Source: Eledone cirrhosa
Lineage: Eukaryota
Assembly: GCA_964016885.1 (NCBI GenBank)
Contig: OZ024740.1
Coordinates: 302,932,001-302,996,000 of the forward strand
DNA length: 64,000 nucleotides
Direction: 5' to 3'
The position numbers were made by a program, and so were the translations under genes. A model generated the notes under the pieces. It did no database searches. It was given only the letters and a program-made list of their open reading frames with translations, and had not been told where the DNA came from. Shown here in pieces: positions 54,875 to 64,000 of the stretch. Each line of letters opens with the position of its first letter. The first letter of the stretch is position 1.

Positions 54875-57124
54875 TCTCTCTTTTTTCTTAATTTATTATT
54901 AAGCCTTTTTCTTACCATATTTTTGGTGAAATACACTATGTATATATTGAAATTAATTTTGAAGATGAGCAATAATTGGGAAGGATTTAGTAAAGTAACT
55001 GAAGTTTTCAGTATTGAAATAGTGTTTGAAACATATCGTAAAAGAATATTAGTTAAAATTATGAAGGAAAGTTTGAATATTAATATGAACTCTTAAAAAT
55101 TAAAGCTTTTGTATTCTAAAACTATTGGCAGTGTCAAGCATGCTGGTATTAAAACTCTGTAAATTTCCAAAGGGCAAATGATATTCCAATGAAAACCATT
55201 ATAATCAAAACTTTGTCTATGGGAGCTTTAGAGAGTTAAATACTACAATATATAAAATACATTCAGCCATATTAATTGTTTTGGAAGTTTATATTAACTT
55301 GCAGAAAACATTTATAATATGTAAAACTAATAATGGTTTTGAAAGTTTTATTGGAACTATAATTCATTATAGTTTTCAGAAAATCAAACTAATTCCTATT
55401 TTATAAGTAAGACATCTCAATGAAATAATACACATGTTACAAAATTTTAAAATAAATGTTTGAGTATAAATATGTATACTGAGTAATAACCATGTGTTAA
55501 TAATCATATATTGTGTAAATAGCCTCTGTGGTTAAATCACAGGGATTTCAGCAACTTAGAATAGGGATTGAACTAACTAGTTTTAGCTTTCATTAAAGCC
55601 TTATCAGTGACCTGTTACTTGTGTCTTTCAAATGCCTGAAGTAACACAGAGCTACTTATAAAACTGCAAACAAAATTTAGGATAAGCATAACAAAATGTA
55701 TAAATTTGAGAGCTGGGCAATATAAACTAAGCTGAACCCCAGCAAGTCAATGTCCACAGATAATGTGAGAGAAAAAGTAACTCCAGATCTACTGTGAATG
55801 TTTTAAACAGAGTGAACTCTGCTGAAAGCACTCAAAGACAAAATAGCCATGTCTTAGATAAACTATATCTAGAAAAATTATGAGATAATCATGACTGTAA
55901 TGGTTTAAATCATAGGTTTTAATCATGGATCATAGCTAACGTGTGGTTAACCAACATAATCAGTAATATTATGAGCTAACAAGGAAGACTACATGTTGAC
56001 ACTCTACCTCCTAGAAATATACCTTTCAGATAACATCCCACCTTTCAGATAACATCCCACTGTCTTATGAATGTAACAGTTGATTAAATAATGTACTTCT
56101 ATATAGATTATGTTTGAAGCAAGGATAGGATGCTCATAACTGGAACTCTTTTGATTTATACTCTGTATTTAAGATCACCTGGGTCTGAATAACAAATATA
56201 GCTACCAATACAATCTACTTTAGCAAAGATCATTCAAACTGCTAACAATATCATCTATGCCTCCCTTGAAGCACCTCCAATTGTCTTTAAAATATGAAGG
56301 GTACATTGAGTAATTTAATACTAAGTACACTATACATAAAACAATATATGGAATATTCACAGCTAAACAAATATTTTAACTACTACAACAACATTTGCAG
56401 TCCCAATGAGACAAAGTTATTCAATATCTTGCCTGCTGTGTCACTCCGAAACATCAGAGTGAACTTGAGGCTAAACAGCAACAACGTTCTTTAGAACCAG
56501 GATGACTGGGTCATTTGAAAGTTAAGCATCTTAGCCACAGATGAATGACTTGCTGCTGACAATACATGAACCTCTGATCTTTCAGCTCTTAAAATTGCTA
56601 AATTATCTGGAAATAACATTCCAACATTAATTTTTCGTAGTTTTTATTGAGATCTAAATTTATACATTCATATAACAAATCAAATTTTTATTACCATCAA
56701 TATAGCTGATATTGTTCTAGTTGATTTTCAAAGATGGATCTTTTCTTTAAACAATACTAATATTTTGTTTGCAAAATGAATCATGTAATTCTAGTTTTCA
56801 TGAGTCAGGTGTAGCTCGGTGTGCCAAATATTTTTTGTTGATGACTACTTCAAAAATATAATTAATATTAAATCAAAATTATTTAAAAAAACAACAAAAA
56901 AGTAAGTTATTAAAAATATATTTTTGTGTGTGATTTATCATAGAATTTGAAGGAGCAAGAAACAAATATTTGATGACATTGATACATCAACATTATTTGT
57001 ATTAACGAATTAGACTCGTGTATTTTTGTTACAATTATATCACAAAGATTTAGAACCAAAATATTATTTTATAACAGATTATTTTATAACTTCAATTAAT
57101 GCTAGGTATATTTTATTTTATTAG

Positions 57125-57342
57125 TGGCTTCAACACTACACTTTGAAGGCACACAGTTCATGAAAATAACCTTGGAAGGAGAGTCTAAATCTGAAGTCGA
57201 AGATATATCATTGCGATTCAACACTGTGAGACCACATGGGCTGCTCTTTCTTGCTGCCTCAGGAAAATCCAAAGATATTATGGAGTTGCTGTTAGAATCA
57301 GGAACCATTAAATTTACTATAAAACTTGGCAGTGGTACGAGA
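57125..57342 (+). CDS. Nrx-1: alpha-neurexin exon (LNS4 N-terminal part)
   Basis: TAG acceptor, phase 1. Reads (V)ASTLHFEGTQFMKITLEGESKSEVEDISLRFNTVRPHGLLFLAASGKSKDIMELLLESGTIKFTIKLGSGTR (cf. ATVLSYDGSMFMKI..EAEDVSLRF). Donor AGA|GTAAGT, phase 0. Confidence 0.94.
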
Positions 57343-58298
57343 GTAAGTATTAATAATTAAAATATATTTATGTTGTGCACACCAGAAACATGTTGTCTGA
57401 AAGTATTTATAGTAAATATGTGGAGGAGAGATTTTTACTGGTATGAGTATGTAATATGAATGAATGAATGACATATTTAAAGTTTAACAATGATTTTAAG
57501 TGTTAAAAGGAGATTTATGGGAGTTAACCAAGACGTGGAAAAAGATAATTCAGACCTTAGAAATTAAGACTTTAAAGTCCTAAAGGCAGTGGTAAGATGC
57601 ATTGAATAACCCATAAAACCATTGTGAGCCTTACAAATATTAAATTAGAAATGGATAGCCTATATATTACAGCTCCAGAATAAGATCTACAGCAAATGAA
57701 TGAACATTCTCTTTTTCAGATAACAATTACACTATACATAAAGCTAAATGTGTACCCCTTGCTGATATAAAATATCTACTTCTTGATTGCTACATAAATT
57801 TAATATATCTATTAGTATAAGTCACATTCTACAAGTAGGAAATGAAATGTTAATATTCAAAATATTATCAAAATGTCTCACTATCAGATGAAATTATAGA
57901 AATCGCTTTTAACCAAGGAATGTGTTAGTCTAGTTGTAGATATTTGTTTGTGGTATGTTTATGTTGGAATGGAGTGCCACACACCAACCATTGTGTGCTG
58001 TCTACAATCAGACCCAGAGTCAGGATAACTGCAGACAATTATTGAACTCTAGCCTGAAATGTTTTGAAATATAATAGTAATTATTTAGATATTAATAAAT
58101 ATAAGTGCTACATTGATATTTTTGCTTTATAACCTTTGAATAACTACTATCATTATGAATTTAATTACCATTTTACCATGCTAGTTTGTGTAGGGTATAA
58201 ACAGTGATATAATTTGATAATTATAACACCTGTTCCAAAGTTATATATAACACCTTAATTATAACACCTGTTCCATTATTGATAAAATGAGTATCTTT

Positions 58299-58417
58299 GA
58301 GTTCAAATCCCACCGAGGTTAACTTTGCCTTTCATCCTTATGGGGTTGATAAAATAAAGTACCAGTAATACACTGGGTAATTGCTGGCCTTGTGCCAAAA
58401 GTAGAAACAATTATTGC
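58299..58417 (+). mobile_element. 5'-truncated short SINE with 16-bp target-site duplication
   Basis: Same family core. TAAAATGAGTATCTTT is at 58283-58298 and 58418-58433. Confidence 0.9.
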
Positions 58418-58944
58418 TAAAATGAGTATCTTTCAGTACCAATCCATGTCAATTTTTCCCAAGATGCCTTATTCAGTTACATTACATATCCATAGCAAAA
58501 GAGGTTTATATGAAAGCATATACAATATGTAAGTCTGGCTGTGAGTATTTTATGCTGTGATCATGTCACAGATACCTCAGAAACTGTGTAAGAACACCAA
58601 ATACTAGTATTTCAATATTTTAATCCATCTTCAGTGACATTTACTCAATACTGAAACAAAAATAAACTGATAGCTTATTTAATTTTTGCAGATAATACAT
58701 TTCTGGAAATGCTTATTTGAGTGCGACCTCGACAGGCTGATATCAATTTGTAGTATCTCTAATACAGTATGGTTCAGAATAGTGGCATTTACATTATGCT
58801 TAGTTCTAATAAATATACTTAAGTCTCGATGTAGGTATTTTAAACATGGTTGTAATATATACATGTGTGTCAGCTGTAATTTAAGCTGTAATTCTTATTT
58901 ATACAAGAAGGGAAATAAATAATTTTCTATATAGATAATAAACA

Positions 58945-59125
58945 CAACCACAATGATGATCCAAACGCAGAAGAGCCAAACTCCCACTGTCAACACCTCC
59001 ATCTCTCTCTCCCTCCCCATCTCTCTGTATGGTGAGCAAATGGGGTCCCACATGCTGGCCTCCCCACAGCCCCAGCGGACAGAATGGAGAAGGCGTTTCC
59101 ATGGAGGATGGTAAGGGAGATGTGT
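58945..59125 (-). mobile_element. CRE-like non-LTR retrotransposon 3' fragment (copy 3)
   Basis: Shares GATCCAAAC..CAAACTCCCACTGTCA..GACAGAAT..GGCGTTTCC..GGAGGATGGT with the other two copies. Confidence 0.6.
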
Positions 59126-61327
59126 TAGCATTTTCGGTTTTCTATGTAACTCTATGTACTTTCTACTATTCCTCTATTCTGAACCAAGTTATGTTGGTGC
59201 TACTGCAAAACAAAACCAATATACTTATCTTTTATATTGACTCATAAATCTCATACCTAATTGTTTTATGTACTCTCTGGCTTACAGACATTCTGTTTTA
59301 ATTTGGAATATATTAAAACAACGCTGTTGAACACTGCTCAAACATTACCTTTAATTATATTTCAAGGAAGAACCAATTTAGATAAACCTTGGATAACCAA
59401 TTAAAATGCAAATTTATGAACTTTTAAATTTTTACCAAGAAATGGAATAAAAAATTTACTTAGGGTAAATTATTTACTTTTCAAAGATTTGCATGTTAAA
59501 ATCTTAGTTTGAATATGCATAATCTTAAACAATCTTGTGAAACTGAGATATGTTTTACTTTAACTGAAAATTAACCAGAGATATATCCATCTAAAACATT
59601 GTAAGTTCTAATAAAAAGAAAATAACTTAAATTATATTTCAACTGCACCACCATCAACTGATAAGAAAATAATTACAGTAATTTTCCGGAATATATTTTA
59701 GTATATAGGATATCAATAATTTGGAAAGATTCCATTGCATGATTTAATTGTATTGCAGATAATCAAATATTGGTTTCTAGTAAAGGAATGTCAAAATTCA
59801 CTTGACTCCTAATTTATTAAATATGCAGCAGATATTTAGAAAAACGGTAAAGAAATGGAATGTTTCTTATAGCCTTTCTGAAAGGTTTATCTAAACTCAG
59901 TGAAAATGAAAATTTTAAAGCGGTTGAAAGAGAAGATATGTGTTAAAATTTGTCATTGATATTGATGCAAAAATCTTACAATTTTTGTCACAATCAAAAC
60001 AAAGGGAAAAAAAAAATATAAAAGAAAATACTTTTATACCAAATTTATATTTTCGAAATATATATTAAACAAATTAACTGTTAACCAAATTATTGCAGCT
60101 TTATTTCTATTGTGTTTATAAAGATCAACTGGAATGATAAATTTAATTTCTTCAGAAAACTGTAACAACTTTTGGATAATTGAATAATGGCTTCTCTCTA
60201 TGTAGCATTGTTATCCATACGTATGCACAATCTTTTACATATGTATATGTTTGAGTATATATATATATGTGTGTGTGTATGTGTGTGTGTGTCTGCATGT
60301 GTGTCTGCATGTGTGTGTGTGTGTGCATGTGAAGTTGCATCTCTACTTCTATATATATGTGATGTTATAAGGATCAACTCAAACAGAATATTATGCAGAC
60401 GAAAATCATCCCCAAAACCATCTCTGGTGTCAAAACATCTTGACTGCTGTAGAGCTGTTTAAAAATGAATGTGATCAAGAACAATTTATCAAATGTGGTT
60501 TTCTTTATTTTGGAACAAACGAAATTATAATTCTAAAATCAATTACACTCACATAGATCTCCATTTTTTTATTTAATCATACTTCTAGTACTTTTGTTTA
60601 ATTCCTAGAAATTATTAGCTTCTTATACTTATTCTTATCTTGATGTAATCTGAATGATTTGTGTGTAGGTCATGTACCATCTGTTAATTGTCTTTAAAGA
60701 CTTGCTTTAGAATTTTAAATCCATCTATTCAAACAATACATTCATTTTCAGAGAATATTAATACACTCAGGTCTCAAATAAACGCCCCCCCCCCCCATTT
60801 GCTTATTCATTTTTCAGATTTTTATCAGCCCCACCACTCTTATTCCAATTCCCCTTCCCCTACTTATTACATTTTGTTAATCTAAGTGGTAGCATTCCTG
60901 CAATAATTAATTTTCTTTAGACATTAAAAAGCATTATACATGACAAAAAAAGAACATTACAAGAAATCCTATATGTTATGAAATAAATAAGATGGGTTAG
61001 CGTCTCAATATGTAGACTAAACAACTAATTCTGTATTTTTTTAAATCAATGGAGACAACCTAGAAAAATTACCTATTTTGCAACCCACTATTTATTTCAG
61101 CCCCTCAACCCCAATATTTGGAACCCGAGAGTAGGTTAGGAAAATAATTAGAGATTCAGTACATGTAAGAACAATTAATGCATTGATTTCAATAAGAAAT
61201 GCTATATGAATTGAATAATGAATGTAAAAGAAATGATGTATATATGTAATTTTGTAAGCAGATAATGATAAATGGATAATTTGAGAAAATTTTATTGACA
61301 AAGTGGATTTTGTTTTTTTACTTTCAG

Positions 61328-61436
61328 ACCCTTATAACTGGCCAAAGTCTAAATGATGGACAATGGCACACAGTGTTTGTAAAGCGCAGAGCTAGAACTG
61401 TAGAGCTAGCAGTTGATTACAATTTGGCAGTCACTG
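61328..61436 (+). CDS. Nrx-1: alpha-neurexin exon (LNS4), not in the ORF track
   Basis: TTTTTTTACTTTCAG acceptor. Reads TLITGQSLNDGQWHTVFVKRRARTVELAVDYNLAVT (cf. [30 protein letters not shown]). Donor G|GTAAAA; 109 nt, phase 0 to 1. Confidence 0.92.
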
Positions 61437-61655
61437 GTAAAAATATTTTTCTATATTCTATTGTATAAAAACAAGCTTAAAATATTGACTGATAGTATTT
61501 CAAAGAGAATCAATTAAATCTAAAAGCAAATACATTTACCAGACTTCTGTATATTCCACTTTACAAATCAATACTTTATAATAGTACATTTATAACAATA
61601 TTCAATGAGTCATTCTAGCTGCTAATGTTGCTAACATACTATTGAGTGTTGTATT

Positions 61656-61970
61656 AGAGGTATGGCTGAATGTTTAAGAAATTTGCTCCATAATCATGAG
61701 ATCCTGGGTTTAATCTTAATGCATGGACTTTTGATTAAGTGTCTTTAACATACCCTCAGTTAACCCAAATATTTTGAATGAAATTAGGTTGAGAGAAAAT
61801 GTTTGAGAACCCATTGGCTTGATTGTACCTGTAATTCAAATGCCCAGCCTTGTCACATATTGTGTTACACTGAATGCGCTTGGGGATTACGTCCACAACA
61901 CTCAAACACTTACGTGTTAATTCATAAGTTGCATGCTCAACATTGATATCAATGAATAGTTCATCATTAT
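61656..61970 (+). mobile_element. decayed tRNA-derived SINE
   Basis: Degenerate A/B boxes; TGTACCTGTAATTCAAA..CCTTGTCACA is shared with the 47972 copy. Confidence 0.55.
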
Positions 61971-62165
61971 TATTATAATTGTAACTTTATAAATTTTTAA
62001 AACCTCAAAAACAAAGCATATTATATCAAATGCTTATTACAACTTCTATATAATTGTTACAATTTTTTCTTTATAATCAAATATATAATTGCAAAAGATA
62101 GAAATATGAGACGAAAATCCATTAAAATATAAATTTTTTTATATTGTCTGTCTCTTTTAATCTAG

Positions 62166-62240
62166 ACAAGCTACCAGAACTAAGAAAAACTTTAAAATAT
62201 GAGTACATATACATCGGCTCAATTGGACCTGTACCCTCGG
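62166..62240 (+). CDS. Nrx-1: alpha-neurexin exon (LNS4)
   Basis: TAG acceptor at 62163-62165; 75 nt, phase 1/1. Reads (D)KLPELRKTLKYEYIYIGSIGPVPS and fills the gap corresponding to QMAGDHTRLEFHNIETG. Donor G|GTAAAT. Confidence 0.85.
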
Positions 62241-63274
62241 GTAAATATTTTCAAATATATTTCATTGTTTGCAGGGAAAATATTATTGGCACTAATTACT
62301 TGATTGATGCAATATATCAAGATTTTACACAATTATTCTCATCAATCTGATCATAGTTTTGGTAATCGAAAATTAGATAGCATTTCATTATTTGTTCAAT
62401 GTGTCATTTATAGATAATACTAGAAAAATATTGTATTTTTTTCATATATTGATTCAATACCATCAGAATTTTGTAATTAAATATCATTATTCTGTTTACA
62501 ATTTTCAAAGTAATGCCTATAGATTGAGAAAATTCCTTGTTGATTAATCCATAACAATATATGAACCGGCTACCAGCAAATTTACACACTGGTTCTTTCT
62601 CTCTTCTATATGAACTTGATGCTGTTTGTCTAAACATTGCAAAAAAAAGTTTCAAGAACAATCATTTTAGCTCTTAAATGATCATATATGCATCATTATG
62701 CCTAAAACGTTCATTCATACAACAATTTTAGAAATGGCACACTCCATCAGATTTAATAAATACAATAATTCCATTAAAAAACAAGCTATTTTGACTGTGA
62801 TTAAAAATGAGCGAGTTCTTTGTTTTACTTTGTTTATCATATATTCTTTAACTGATATTCCAAACTAATTGAATCAACTAAGTTAAGGTTTTATTTAAGT
62901 GGTATGAGCCCACTATGAAATCGTTATCCTTACTTTGAGGTGATATGTGCTCACATATAATTACAAATACTGTAGTTTTGGAAACTTAAAGAGCTATATA
63001 TAAATTGTCAAACCAATTGATTTTACAGCTGGTGGCTTTGTTAATACTAAGAAATCAATATAAAGTAGAAAATATACCTATTTTTATATGGTTAAAGAAA
63101 ATCTTACAATGTTCAGAACAGCAAATTTCAATCATGACATTGGTCAGTGAATGTAAAGATTTACATAAAAATACAAGATCTGAGAAATTACTGAAAAATA
63201 ATTTTACATTATTAATTGCAATGCTTTTAGAAGTTTTCATTATCAGCAATTCTCTATTAATTTTATTTTTCTAG

Positions 63275-64000
63275 AAGAGCTTCCTGCAACTTCAAGTGTT
63301 TCAGAGTTTCATGGTGAAGCTAGCAGACTTACAGATGACAATACAATTCATGGATATGCCAGTTTTATTGGACTCATGCAACAGCTAGTTTTCAATAAAA
63401 AACACTATTTTGAAATGGCAAAGTCCGGCAAGGCAAAGAATATTGAAGTCAGCGCACAGTTTGATGGGGGATCAAACATTGCTAGAGACCCAATCACATT
63501 TAAACAAACATCTGCCTTTGCCGAACTAAGCACACTCAACATTCATTTATTGTTTGTCATATCCTTTAAATTCAAAACCACGGAACCTGATGGCCTGTTG
63601 CTGTATAGCGGTGGCAAAGGACAGGACTTTCTTGCACTAGAACTTGTAGATGGCTATATCTATTATATATACAATCTGGGCAATGGGCCCAAAGTTATAA
63701 AAGGAAAGACTCAAGGTCCATTAAATGACAACCAATGGCATTTGGTATCACTCTCCCGCCTTGAGAAAAATTCTCAGTTGTTTCGAGTTGACATCAATCC
63801 CACTGTGATGATTCCCGTCCTCAACGGAAAAGCTATCCACTTTGATCTCGAGGGACCTCTCTATCTTGGAGGGGTAAAAAAGACAGTTTTTGCCAGTTTA
63901 CCAAAATCAATTCGTTCTAAACATGGATTCCAAGGATGCATGGCGTCAATTGACCTTAATGACATCTATCCTAAAGTGTTGACAAATGCCACATATCTTC
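63275..64000 (+). CDS. Nrx-1: alpha-neurexin exon (end of LNS4 and LNS5), runs off the window end
   Basis: TTTTTCTAG acceptor, phase 1; frame open to the end of the window. Reads ..SFIGLMQQLVFN..DPITFK..FKFKTTEPDGLLLYSGGKGQDFLALELVDGYIYYIYNLGNG..PLNDNQWH..LYLGGV..LPKSIRSKHGFQGCMASIDLN, matching neurexin LNS5. Confidence 0.96.

Overview
This is AT-rich, microsatellite-dense animal genomic DNA. The repeat repertoire is most consistent with an octopus-type coleoid cephalopod (inference). The window holds seven + strand coding exons of an alpha-neurexin (Nrx-1/NRXN1-type) gene: 4027-4187, 51978-52133, 53378-54164, 57125-57342, 61328-61436, 62166-62240 and 63275->64000. They splice in one open frame through GT-AG introns and encode LNS2 (part), LNS3, EGF-B, LNS4 and LNS5. 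A 47.8-kb phase-0 intron (4188-51977) sits at the position of vertebrate neurexin alternative splice site 2 (SS2). It contains islands of clustered (U)GCAUG motifs next to candidate microexon, poison-exon or recursive splice sites. The introns also carry many retroelement relics (RTE, CR1-like, CRE-like, Penelope-like, tRNA-derived SINEs) and a mariner fragment. The most striking non-coding signal is a set of short (TA)n-flanked cassettes bearing minimal type I hammerhead ribozymes. The three best-preserved copies are antisense to neurexin, and every sense copy found is damaged. There is also a 47-bp sense-strand hairpin whose six transition differences are all G.U pairs. Almost all ORFs in the supplied track are microsatellite artefacts.
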